NCBI RefSeq assembly: GCF_009914755.1
Contig: NC_060936.1
Reading direction: 5' to 3' (one strand)
Source: the human T2T-CHM13v2.0 reference genome, Homo sapiens
Length of the DNA stretch: 64,000 nucleotides
This document shows positions 34,375 through 48,104 of this stretch, piece after piece. The position numbers and the translations under genes are program-made. The notes under the pieces are model-generated. The model saw only the letters and a list, made by a program, of their open reading frames with translations, was not told the origin of the DNA and did not search any database. Every line of letters starts with the position of its first letter. Within the stretch, counting starts at the first letter, position 1.

Positions 34375-34548
34375 CCAGTGGTCTTTGAACTTCAGGGTCC
34401 CATGCTGGAATCCAGCAGGCAGCATTCCAACACCCTCAACTGCTTCAACCCAATTACTTTACTTTTACCTACTTTATATATAAGGCTCTTCAGTAAGATT
34501 TCACTTGGAAAGGGGGCTCTTCAGCCTGACTAAAATTTGAACATCACT
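34375..34548. mobile_element. MER103C-like hAT remnant
   Basis: GTAAGATTTCACTTGGAAAGGGG...AATTTGAACATCACT. Confidence 0.5.
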
Positions 34549-34906
34549 TCACTACCCCACTGTTGTATCCTTTAAAACAAATTCACTCTGAAGCTAGCTT
34601 CCCCCTACCAGGTTTAAGTCACCTGACATTGTTTGCCAAAAGCATGGTGGTAAGGTTGGAAACAATGCTCACACTGGCGCTTCAGTTTTCCTTCCACGGC
34701 CCCCCAACTATTATGACTTCAAACTGGCTTTATCCTCCAGCACAATTATCCAAGATATTATTTACCGAAGTGTGGTATGTGTATGCCTGTTAATCTCAGG
34801 GAACATTTTAGCTGGTGCACTGACACGGCATTAACCCTGAATCCCATAGCACATTAAGTCATATCTTTTTCCAATTCTTTTTCAATTACATCAAGATTAT
34901 ACCAAG

Positions 34907-35209
34907 GGAGGGTGTGGTGGCTCACACCTGTAATCCTAGCACTTTGGGAGGCCAAGGCAAGTGGATCACTTCAGGCCAGGAGTTCAAGACCAGCCTGGCC
35001 AACATGGTGGAACCCCATCTCTACTAAAAATACAAAAAAAAAAAAGCTGGGCATGGTGGCGCATGCCTGTAGTCCCAGCTACTCAGGTGGCTGAGGCAGG
35101 AGGATCACTTAAACCCAGGAGGTGGTGGCTGCAGTGAGTCGAGATCACGCCACTGCATTGCAGCCTAGGTGACAGAGCAAGACTTCATCTCAAAAAAAGA
35201 AAAAAAAAA
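34907..35209 (+). mobile_element. AluS
   Basis: Dimer; TSD AAGATTATNNCAAG. Confidence 0.95.
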
Positions 35210-35219
35210 GATTATCTCA

Positions 35220-35535
<316 letters not shown>

Positions 35536-36377
35536 GAGTATGCCAAGAAAGTCTCAGTTTATTGCCATTAGATCCTTAACGACTTCCTAATGCTTGCTAA
35601 CCTTCTGCCTATTAACCAAGAGAGAGTGCCCATTTCCTCACTTGTAATAAAAACACCTGCCTCACAGACTGGTTGTGAGGTTCCAATCAGGTATGAAAAG
35701 TGCTCAACACAGTACCTGGCATAGAAAATAGTCAATGTTGGCAAGCGAGAGTCTTGCTTTTTACCTGCTCCTGTATAAGGATCAGGAAATCAGAGTTGAA
35801 TGAAAGCATCCCTGCCCTCAAAGAGCCCCAAGTCATGGCACTATTTTTTATTTTACCACAATTAAACTTACTTTGCTTTAGAAAAGCTTCAAGATTTCAC
35901 AAGCTCCTCTAGAGACAACTAGAGAAATGCTTGGAATAGCAGGGCCAGGCACTCACCTGTACCCTCTTGTTATGGTGCAGTATTATATAGCGTCATGGGA
36001 TCCCCAGAGAGTGCTGGAGTATGTTGCTTTGGAAACTTTGTTTGAATGTCAGTTTAGAAGGTAGGCGTGAATCTAGCATGTGGCACACTATAGCGCAGTC
36101 CTAAGAAGAGGGCATATGTGGGCTCAACTCTGTTCTTTTGTCATGAGCCAAGGGAAAGCTATCACTCACAAAGACCACAGTTCGGTGCCTCCCAACTTGA
36201 TCCTGTGTGAAATTCACTACTAGACCAACTAGAGCAAGGTCGCAGGTCATAGTACTCACTACTCTGCCTTTAAGATACCATATGTTTCTAAACTTCCACA
36301 CATAAGTCATGTCTGATGAACTTCTATGCATCCTTCAAAACCCAATTCAAAGGTCATCTCTTCTGTTAAACCTTATC

Positions 36378-36441
36378 TATGGTAGATCATTTTACTGTTC
36401 TGCAAATATTCTCTCTCCCTCTCTCACTTGCACACATTCTT

Positions 36442-36483
<42 letters not shown>

Positions 36484-36844
36484 ACTGACGAAACAAGAAT
36501 AATCCTGCCTACTCTACGGATGGTGGGCTTGGTCATGTGACTTGCTTTGGCCAATGGAATATCAGAGGACATGATGTTTGCCACATCCGAGCCAAATACT
36601 TAGTTTGGTTTGGCTTCTTGCATTCCTGTCATCTGTCATGAGAAGAGCATGTTCAGGCAGCTGCTGTTCCTTCCTCCTGGGTCCAAAATGATCATCCTAT
36701 GGAGCAGACTTGAACCCAACCTGCAGCCTACTACAGAGCTGCTTCAGTGGCCCACAGACTAATGAGCAAGAAATAAAGGATTTATTGCCATAAATCACTG
36801 AAGTTGGGGATTATTTGTCACTGCAGCAATAGCTGACTAATACA
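36378..36844 (+). mobile_element. MLT1H/I-type LTR
   Basis: GGTCATGTGACTTGCTTTGGCCAATGG...GCTGACTAATACA. Confidence 0.8.
36442..36485. repeat. Compound (TC)n(CA)n microsatellite
   Basis: Seen directly. Confidence 0.95.
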
Positions 36845-36859
36845 TTCTGCAAATAAAAC

Positions 36860-37040
36860 CTCCCTCCTCTGCTCTGACAGCACTTGGACATATCTCTATC
36901 AAGGACTTCTTGTCCTACTTTATTTTTTTTTTCCTTAGAAGCCCATGTCCTGATCAGAAACTTAACTCCTTGAGGGCAAGACCCATATCTCTTCCCATCT
37001 CTTTTATGGCAGGCATTCAATATACTTGCTGAATAAATGA
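36860..37040 (+). mobile_element. L2 3' fragment
   Basis: AACTCCTTGAGGGCAAGACC...TTGCTGAATAAATGA. Confidence 0.55.
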
Positions 37041-38684
37041 CAGTGTTGACCAAATACCACAATTCATGAGGATCGCAAACTCTCAATCGCTACAGGCATA
37101 AGTAACATATATAAAGAGCATTTTAAACACTCCAACATATTGCTTGGCAAGAAGCCAAGGCTTATGCGTCTCCGGGCCAGGAGAACCACTTGCCCTGGGC
37201 CTCAAATCCAGAAGGGACCTCAAATTTAGACATCTGATGCTATCTCCAAAGGACGTGAATCCTCAGTCACTAATGTGTGTTAAACATGTCGATCTCCTAA
37301 GTGAAAACATTGAAAACATATCACCGACTTGCATCATTCTGGTTTGGCATTTAAAAAATTTTGTTTATTTCCAATATATCAGGAAACTCAAAGAATGAAA
37401 GTGGCGTAGAGCTCTCTCAACCTCTAAGAGGTGTTGTGATAAACGAAAGTCCTGGATTTCTCAGAGCCATTATGTACTAAATATGAAAACCAAGTTCTCC
37501 CAAGACCAAATTAAGCAATGATTGGTAACAGCCAAGGTCAATGGGAAAAGCTACTTCACTGGTATTTAGCTACTTGGATCTCTGACCCTGCTTAATGCTG
37601 TATCTTGCCTTCCTTGCTAAAACAGAATTGTATGATTCAAATGATGGTATGTTATATTCCTCTGGGAGACACAAAAAATGTACCTGTGACCTTAAGACCA
37701 TTTGGAACTATAGAAAAGTACAGCAGACCTTTGCCAGTAAAGAACCGTGTTATAATTCGTACACCCTTATGGAAAACCGTAATTCTGTTTGTCCACAGGA
37801 ATTCTAAAGTTGTCTGAGAGTTTTGAAAATGAAGAAAAATTACATTTCCAAATAATCCTATAAGATTAAGCATGAAAAGGAAGATGCAAAGTATTCCATC
37901 CAGACGTCCTCAATACCAAAAATGTTTCAGCAAATGCCTTGGCCTGGTGGGATTACGGGACTCTGTTTTGTACTTTGTAACACTTTTACATCCTGTCCAA
38001 GTGCTCAACAAGGAGCTGGATTTAAAAATATAAAAAAGGAAAACATAAATTAAAAAGAAGAGTGATTTGATCTTAACACTTCAGAGAAGACAGTGTTCTC
38101 TGATCGCAGCTCCTCCGATGTTGTATTTTAGGAAGACGGCAAGTAGGGACCCGTAAAGATAGTGAAATGCCAACTAGGGAAGCTTACCTAGTTAAAAAAG
38201 AAACAAATCATTGGCAGCCAGTCCCCTCAGGGCAGACACTGTTTCCAGCCAGTTCTGAAAACAGTTTGTTCCAAATTAACCTTTTGATATTAGTCTCCAG
38301 CAGGCCCAGAGGTGAGAGGCCCTACCCGGGGCAGGAAGCAGGAAGGTGGGGACAGGGAAACCGTGACATCTCCGACTAGAAAATCAATGGTGTATCCTGT
38401 CCGTTCCCGAGTTGGCCTCAGAAGAAGGGTGCTCCACCCCCAGGTGGCCCCAGAAGAGAAATCTCCTGGGATTTGCACAATGAGTTTCTAGACCAGGACT
38501 CAGGGACCTAGTTTCTTTAGGCTGTTGTGAGCCGTTCATGTGTCAGTGTGTTAAGGGAAGCGTAAGAGGTCCCCACTGCAAGGAAGCAGTCACCACTGCC
38601 AAGCCCTATGGAACTGTAATGACCCCTGGACTTGTCTGTCCTCTACCTTTCCACATATCTAACCTCTCCCCCTGTCCATCCCAC

Positions 38685-39113
38685 CATAGTGGCTTGAATA
38701 CCATCTCCCCCAAATTTATGTTCACCCAGAAACTCAGAACGTAACTTTATTTGAAAAATAGGGTCTTCTGTAGATGTCATAAGGTAAGAGTGAAGAGGAG
38801 ATCATACTCAAAAGGGTGGGCCCTAAATCCAATGAAGGCATCCTTGTAAGAGACAGAAATAGGAGACACAGAGAGAAGAAAGCCATCTGAGGACAGAGGC
38901 AGAGATTGAAGAGAAGCAGCCACAAGCCAAGGAACGTGAGGAGCCCCCAGAAGCTGGAAGGGGCAAGGAAGGGTGTCCCCTACAGCTTTCGGAGGAAGCA
39001 TGGCCCTGCTGACATCTTGATTTGGGACTTGTGGCCTCTGGAACTGTAAGACAATAAATTTCAGTTGTATGAAGCCACCCAGTTTAGTACAGCAGCCCTA
39101 GGAAATTAACACA
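38685..39113 (+). mobile_element. MLT1B/C-type LTR
   Basis: GGGCCCTAAATCCAATGA...CAGAAGCTGGAAG...GCAGCCCTAGGAAATTAACACA. Confidence 0.85.
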
Positions 39114-39431
39114 CATACCTCTCCCCCAAGTTCTCCACGCTGGAGTCTCGGGACCCGCCGGATGACTCTGCAGCATGTTTTATTGTCTGCCCACATTGAA
39201 TCCAGCATCCAACACACCAACCTCTCCCATGACTTTTCTTCTCTGTCCGTCCCTTCACTCTCAATGGGGCAACTGGCTCCAGAAGGGTTCCCAGGGGTCC
39301 CACCCCTTACTGGCCATGTAATATGGAAACAGTATACCTACCCCTCTGTGTATCCAGTTTCCCGTCTGAAAACTGGGAAGAATAACATTCTGGGTGTACA
39401 CTGTTATCAGGAGGAACAAAGAAGTCATCTA

Positions 39432-39750
<319 letters not shown>

Positions 39751-39789
39751 AGAAGTCATCTATGTAAAGCTCTTCAGCATAGCACTTAG

Positions 39790-40144
<355 letters not shown>

Positions 40145-40420
40145 TGAACATGGTGTGAACTGAGGCTGAATACGGTGTGAGCTGAGGGATCTGAAACTAT
40201 GAAAGACTGTAGGGAGCAGAGCATCTCAGAGAAAAGAAGCCAAGAAAGGACACACTTAGGTACTTAAGATCTCAGCTATGCAATGAGGGTCAGCAACACT
40301 AAATGTTAGCAGGGATACAAGGTCGCCTAAAGCCGTACCAGCAACAGGCTGTGTCTGTATTAACTTCTTTTCTTACCCCAAAATGAAGATTCAAGATCTG
40401 ATAAGCCCCAAGACACTTAT

Positions 40421-40748
40421 TATCTCAGTTCAGGCTTTTATAACAAACTACCATGGGCTGGATGGCTTATAAACAACAGAAATTTATTTCTCACAGTTCT
40501 GCAGGCCACAAGTCTGAGATCAGGGGCCAGCAGGGTCAGGTTCTGGAGAGGGTCCCCCTCACATGGCTGAAGAGGGCAAGTGAGCTCTCTGAGGGCCCTT
40601 TGATGAAAAGGCACTAATCTCTCTAAATGAGGGCTCCACCCTCATGACCTAATCACCTCCCAAAGGTCCACCTCTTACTGCCATCACATTAAGGGTTAGA
40701 ATTTCCATATGTAAATTTTGGGAAGACACAAACATTCAGTCCATTACA
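40421..40748 (-). mobile_element. MLT1A-type LTR
   Basis: ACAGAAATTTATTTCTCACAGTTCTG...ACACAAACATTCAGTCCATTACA; TSD CTTA(T/A). Confidence 0.85.
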
Positions 40749-41405
40749 CTTAAGAAGACATTGGGGCAGTTTTCAGCTGGGATGACAGTCCATTCGTTCC
40801 TTTAACTGACATTTAACTGAATACTCATTCAGGCCATGTGGTGGGGAAATAGTGACAACACAGATGGGGCCCCAGCCATCAGGCTGATCACAGACAAAAA
40901 TCCCAGGAAATCCCGGGAAAACAGTCTTATCTCCATATCCTCCATGGATCCTGACAAGTTTAAAAACTTCGGCTCGAGATATATTCTAAAAATATCACCT
41001 CTTTCAAAACCTGATTCAGATATCACCTCCACCTTGAAGCCTTCTCCAAGACCTGAAGAAGATTAAAGTCCTCTCACTCATTTTTTTAAAAATTTTAAAA
41101 GTTAGTTGGGCATGGTGGTGCATGCCTGTAGTCCCAGCTACATCCAGCACACCCTACCACCAGCTCCCCACACCCAGAATCAACAAAACCTTCTCTACCC
41201 TCAAGCAGACTTTGAGGAAATTTTTCATTTTTCCAACTAAAAAACTAGCAAATCATTCTACTTCCATTTTCTTGCTTTTTTCCTAGCCCAATGCATTCTG
41301 ATATCCTCATTCATGCTCCTCAAACTAGGACACGTGAAATTTTGAGGGGCTGAAGATGAATTCTTGGGGGTCTAAAAGTTCTCTACAAGACTTTTTAAAT
41401 TTTGA

Positions 41406-41723
<318 letters not shown>

Positions 41724-42254
41724 AAACTGTGAGTGTTTATTTCAAAGGTAATTTTTTAAATGGAACACAGTATATGCACTTGCTGGATCATCTGGATGCC
41801 TGCTTTATAAAGCAATACTGCCTGGTAATTTCAGTGGTTATAATTTATGATTCTTTTGGTGCCAAGTTGCACTGATTTAATAATCACTGCCTAATCAGAG
41901 TAGAACCAAGGCACATTTAATACTTGGTTCTAAAACAGGTCCCCCATAGTGAAGGCCAATGAAGTCACTCCTACCACTCTTTCTTCCTCATGCCACAGGA
42001 TAACTAAGCCACGAAAGACACATACCTGAGGCTCACCAAAGACAAAATAATGTGCACCAGAATAGAAGCGCCCCATTCAAGTTTCAACGCACCATTTACT
42101 TTCACCAAAATATCTTTTTCATCACTGATGTCATCTACTAGAATGAACTGGTTTTGCAAAATAGATCGTATTTAATGTTTGCAAATCTGTTTTGTCTGCA
42201 TAATTGTTTGATATCTATAAACATAAGACATTTACAGCTGGGTTTGTACATGGG

Positions 42255-42470
42255 TTTTCAACCTGGGCCCTAATGATGTTTAGGGCTGGATAATCCTTTG
42301 CTGTGATGGGCCATTCAGTGCATTGTAGGATACTAATCAGCATCCCTGACCTTTACCCATGAGATGCTAGTAGCACACCATCCTCCCCAAAGTCGTGACA
42401 ATGAAAAATGTCTCCAGATGTTGCCAAATGTCCCCTGGGAGGGGGCAAAATTGCCCCCAGTTAAGAACTA
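42255..42470. mobile_element. MER20
   Basis: GTGCATTGTAGGAT...AATGTCTCCAGATGTTGCCAAATGTCCCCTGGG. Confidence 0.85.
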
Positions 42471-42502
42471 GTCTTGTGTTGATAGATATTTAAGTAACAT
42501 TA

Positions 42503-42850
<348 letters not shown>

Positions 42851-42890
42851 AAGTATTTTCTCTTTATAAAAGGAACACGTCTCAAGTTGA

Positions 42891-42969
42891 AGAAACACCA
42901 GGGCATGGGGGGTAGGGGGCTATGTGTTGCCATGTTGCCCAGGCTGGTCTTAAAGTCCTGGCCTCAAAC
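42891..42969 (-). repeat. Inverted copy of 44172-44249 (Alu segment plus private insert)
   Basis: Reverse complement aligns to 44172-44249 including its non-Alu insert. Confidence 0.9.
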
Positions 42970-43089
42970 TGTCAACATAATGCACGCACCCACGGATGAA
43001 TATATTTACCTGTGGATATATTACAATATGGTCAATACTCTGAAGCCTTACTGTACATGGCCGAGCCATGCCCCATTCTCCCCCATCAC

Positions 43090-43370
43090 CCGAGGATGAA
43101 AATAGGCAACTCACAGGCCAGATCCAGCCCATAAGAGTCCTTTGGATTTTGCTTTAGTTACTAGACTTTGAAAATTAGGAGAGATAACAAAACCTGAATA
43201 ACTGGCTTCTCTTGAAAAAGAAGCAGAAGATCCAACCGTGCTGAGCCCACATTTCTGGAAGAAAACCTCAGCTGGAACTCAGTAGTGGCTGTCTCCACTT
43301 CTCAGTTCATCCCATCTCTAACTCCCCACCTCCCACTGCTTATTTCCTCAGACTGAGGTCATGGCAACTG
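43090..43370. mobile_element. MER102-like hAT remnant
   Basis: GGCCAGATCCAGCCC...CTGGCTTCTCTTGAAAAA...GCCCACATT. Confidence 0.55.
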
Positions 43371-43793
43371 CAATAGAAATGTATTTCTGATTGAAAGAGG
43401 AGGCTGAGAACTGACCTGACCTCCTTGACCTAGCCAACAGGCAGTTGCCTTTCAGACTACGTTTATTTGAGGGGACACAGCTTCATTCATTATGGCTTCC
43501 TTGGCACCTCCGTGCATTTCAGTTTGCAAACCTAAACCCAACATGGTGTTTGTGCAAAATCCTAAAACATGTCTCTAATCTGCCACTCTCCTGCTCAAGA
43601 ACACTAGCTCCCACTGCCCATCACAGTATTCAAAGCTTGTGACAATATGGCCCCAGTCTTGATAGCCAACTTCCCTAAACTACAGCAACAAGTTTCGAAC
43701 TTCCTTGCCCCTATCACCTGCTTGCCTGCCCTATTCCTTCTCCTCTACTATCTCCTAACTATCTTTTAATACCTATTTCAAATATTGTCTCTT

Positions 43794-44091
<298 letters not shown>

Positions 44092-44111
44092 GTATCTTTT
44101 AAACTTTTTCT

Positions 44112-44453
44112 GCAGGCGGGGTAGCTCACACCTGTAATCCCAGCACTTTGGGAGACCAAGGTGGGAGGATTGTTTGAGGCCAGGACTTTAAGACCAGCCT
44201 GGACAACATGGAAACACAGCCCCCTACCCTGCCATGTTCTGGTGTCTCTACAAAGAACAAAAATTTTAAAAATTAGCTGGGTGTGGTGGTGCACGCTGTA
44301 GTAGTCCCAGCTAACTCAGGAGGCTGAGGCAAGAGGATCGCTTGAACCCAAGAGTTTAAGGCTGCAGTGAGCCATGATCATGCCACTGCACTCCGGCCTC
44401 AGCCACACAGCAAAACCTCATTTCAAAATAAATAAATAAATAAACAAACAAAC
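44112..44453 (+). mobile_element. AluJ with a ~28-bp non-Alu insert
   Basis: TSD AAAC(T/C)TTTTCT. Confidence 0.9.
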
Positions 44454-44869
44454 CTTTTCTAGTCCTTCAAACCAGGCATGTTCTTGCCACTGCTTGGAAC
44501 AACTCCTGTGCTTCAACTGTAGCTTGTTAGTGAACAAGTCCGAGAGCCCCTAGGCTGTGCAGACCCTTAACAATGAAGAGATAGTCCAGATTTCTACTCT
44601 GGCCCTAAGCATAAGGTTGCTTTGCAGGACTTCCGCATCTTTCTGTAGCTGTCAACTGCTTTGAATATAGGATCATAGGTAAGAGAAGCATTCCAAGGAA
44701 TAAGTGGAGGGATCATCAGCTTTGAACACAACCCGGCAGAATGTGAATCTTCAAGGAAGCATATGCTAGGCTGTTTGTTGCAGTACTGTTTGTAATAACA
44801 AAATGATTAGAAGTATCTAAAATGACCTTTCATAAGAAAACAGCTAAATAAACTATGGAACATCCATAG

Positions 44870-45237
44870 TCACTAATGCTACTCACTAACTCCTGTTTTG
44901 TTTCTCACAAGAAATTATACTTCCCCATACCCTTTAGTGTAAGGCATGGTCATGTGACTTATTCTGGGCAATGAATCATGAACAGAAATGACACATGCCA
45001 CATCCAAGAGGAAGCCTTTAAGAACCAGCATGGGAGGCTCCCCATCGCCTTTCTCTGCCTTGGCAATTGTGGAGTTGAAGCCTCTATTAGCTTAAGCCCA
45101 TGGGTAACTCTGAGTAGCAGAGACCTGGAATGAACACGTGGCATGAGAAGAAAATAAACTTTTGTTATGTTAAGCCACTGAAATTTGAGGGTTGTTTATT
45201 TCTGCAGCATATCCTAGCCTATGCTGATTGGTATACA
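44870..45237 (+). mobile_element. MLT1J-type LTR within an L1ME remnant
   Basis: GGTCATGTGACTTATTCTGG...AAGCCACTGAAATTTG...GCAGCATATCCTAGCC. Confidence 0.75.
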
Positions 45238-45274
45238 TTCTATAGATTACAATGTAGCACTTTAAAAGATGGGA

Positions 45275-45354
45275 CTAACAATTATAAACATATATGTACC
45301 TAACAACAGAACCCCAAAATACATGAAATTAAAATCCACAAAATTAAAGGAATA
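45275..45354 (+). mobile_element. L1M ORF2 endonuclease-region fragment
   Basis: Translates TIINIYVPNNRTPKYMK, like the L1 endonuclease NIYAPN motif. Confidence 0.7.
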
Positions 45355-45682
45355 GGCTGGGCATGGTGGCTCACGCCTGTAATAATTTTTAACAATTTAT
45401 TTTGAGACAAGATCTCACTCTGTCACCCAGGCTAGAGGAGAGTGGCACAATCATGGCTCACTGCAGTCTTGACCTCCCAAGCTCAAATAATCCTCTGACC
45501 TCAGCTTCCCAAGTAGCTGGGAGTAAAGGTAGGAGCCACTATGCCCAGCTAATTTTTCTATTTTTTGTAGAGATGAGTGTCTCACTATGTTGCCCAGGCT
45601 GGTCTCGAACTCCTGGGCTCAAACAATCTCCCTGCTTCAACCTCCCAAAGTGCTGAGATTACAGGGCTGAACCACTGTGGTC
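45355..45682. mobile_element. Alu 5' stub (+, 45355-45383) followed by AluJ (-, 45396-45682)
   Basis: GGCTGGGCATGGTGGCTCACGCCTGTAAT ends abruptly; an antisense dimer follows. Confidence 0.9.
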
Positions 45683-45809
45683 TTTTTTTTTTTTTTAACA
45701 ATTTTAATGAAAGAAAAAGAATATAGGTCTTATGATGGTGGCTTTGACCTGGAATAAGAAAAGAACAAGACCATCTCCTAAGTTAAACAGATAAATAATG
45801 CTAATACAT

Positions 45810-46010
45810 TGATGTTATTTGTTGAGCATTTACTATATGTCAGGCATTAAACCAGCTACTTGACATGAATTAACCTGAAACCTCACAATAGGCCCATGGG
45901 GGAGATACAGTTACAATTTCTGTTTTTTAGATACAGAAATTGTGGCTCAGAGAGGTGAAATCTTTTTCCCAAGAGTATATTCTATAACCCAGTCTCTTAA
46001 CTTCTCTAAG
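45810..46010 (-). mobile_element. MIR
   Basis: TTGAGCATTTACTATATG...GGCTCAGAGAGGTGAA. Confidence 0.7.
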
Positions 46011-46294
46011 TAAACTCAGTGCCTAGGGTAGAGCCAGTAGCTTCCCAGTGTGGCTGCCCACGCTACACAACAGGGTGGAGGGGAGGAAGGATTCAAGCAT
46101 AAAGATGCAAGAGTTTCTGAATTTGGCACCCACCTGGCTTCAAAGTGGGTTTGCGGCCAACAGACGGCTAACTCCTGGGTGGCAAACTTGAGAAAATGTG
46201 GACTCGCTGTAGGTAGAAACACAACCCTCCTCACTCTAAATTACAGCTATCTGCATACGGTTCTTAGTCTTGATACTAGTATTTTATCTTTGAG

Positions 46295-46560
46295 AGGCAA
46301 TAACAGTGTAAGGGTCTGGTTCAGAGACCCCAGCACCTGCATAGTTATTTGAACCCAGGCTTTGCAATTTGCTCACTTATGTGACTTTAACTTCTTATTT
46401 AATCACTCTTGGCCTCAGTTTCCTCATCTGCAAAATAAGGGTAATAATCAGACCTACCTCAAAGGTTATTAAAATAACTGCATGAGCCAATATACGTAAA
46501 GTCCTCAGAACTTTACATGTGCCTCCATGGCAGGCACATTAAATATTAAATGACTGACAT
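46295..46560 (+). mobile_element. MIR
   Basis: CCTCAGTTTCCTCATCTGCAAAATAAGGGTAATAAT. Confidence 0.8.
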
Positions 46561-46710
46561 GCTATTGTTATTCCTAATTCCACAAATGTCAACCATGGTG
46601 GCATATATACTTACGTGATAAATGTTCAGTAAATATTAAGCAAATTGAATAAAGCTGTCTTTGAAGCCACACACAGTGAGATCTTATTATAGAGAGCCTT
46701 TTCAAGACAC

Positions 46711-46801
46711 TTTTTTTTCCCCTAGAGATGGGGTCTTGCTACATTGTCCAGGCTGGTCTCAAACTCCTGGCCTCACGGTATCCTCTTGCCTCAGCTTCCC
46801 A
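46711..46801 (-). mobile_element. Truncated Alu left monomer
   Basis: TSD A(A/G)GACACTT. Confidence 0.85.
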
Positions 46802-46819
46802 GGACACTTCTAATCAAGG

Positions 46820-47050
46820 CAGTTAACACACAGGCTTTGGAGTCAAGCAGACCTAGACTCTGCCACTGATGGACTGTGTGACTCCAGGGAGGTTACTTCA
46901 CGTCTCTGAATGTCAGCTTCCTGATTTATAAAAGAGAGATGTTGATACTACCCCCTCAGAGCTGCTGTTAAGAACTAAATGCAATCAATGTAAAGCTCTT
47001 AGTGCCATGCTCAGCACATAATACACGCTCATTAAATGACAGCCATCATT
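46820..47050 (+). mobile_element. MIR
   Basis: GGCTTTGGAGTCA...GTAAAGCTCTTAG...CACATAATACACGCTCA. Confidence 0.75.
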
Positions 47051-47900
47051 ACCAGTAACTCAGTCCCCTTGCATTGGGCTCACGTACCCCTTTTCCATCC
47101 CGGATAATATCAGAATGTACCCACGAGAAGATGCATAGCTAGTAAAGTGGTTTGACAAAAATAAAAAGAAGTAATCGGTAAATAGTAGATGCTCTTCTTA
47201 CATATATAAATGCAAATCCCTGAAGAGTTTAGCAAATGTATGTTTGTGTGACAGCTATTTATGGAGGCTGTATACTTTTATTTGCCTAGAATTTGATGCA
47301 CTAAATGTAAACAAAGCATGATGAAGACTCTAATAGAAGCAGTCCCCAGACAGAAGCCAGGGCTCTTTCCCAAGCTCTCTGGAAGGTTGGCTTCTCTGCA
47401 GGCGTGTTGATGCGGTATATTTAGGCTGTTAATCATACCCAGAAGCGTTCCCACCTATCTGAAGACAGGGCAAACCCAGCAAGTCTCAAATTAGCAACAT
47501 CCTACAAAATTTTCATCAGCCAATCTAATGCAAATGCTTTAACTTCTTCCCAGAGAAATTCTGTGAGAAATTCTCCCTAACTGGCTAAAGTTCATGGCTC
47601 AAGATCAGCTATCAGGACAACATAATGAGCCCCTTGGTCAAAGCCTGCATGGCTGGAAAAGTGCCTGTCAATCAACTTTGGGGTAAAGGAAAGCACCGTT
47701 CACATATATTAGCAGAGTTCCCTATTTAAAGAAAATCTGGGTCGATCACATGGTGGGGTGAATAACAGTCATAAATAAAGCACTTGGGGACATTTTATAT
47801 CAGGTTGCATTCATGTTAAATATTTCTAAGGACCCAGAACCAGTAGATTTGATAGATCTGATGACTCAGTAGATTTGACAGATCTGTGCCTGACGAGTGC
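47050..47900. promoter_or_regulatory. Unique block, candidate enhancer
   Basis: Two ATGCAAAT octamers, FOX TGTAAACA, CTGTCAATCA and AP-1 TGACTCA. Confidence 0.4.
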
Positions 47901-48104
47901 TCTGCTGAGAAAGAACTACATTTCAAAAGAAGGGAAACACACCTAAGCCAAACACAAATATTTAGAGCTTTAAGACCCAAAGCAAAAAATATCCACTCTT
48001 CCTTGGGGATTCACTCATCCATCTACCACAGACAAGGTGCACAACAGCAAGATCTTGCCCCTCATGGAGCTCACAATTGAGTGGAGAATGGAGAATAAAG
48101 AAAA

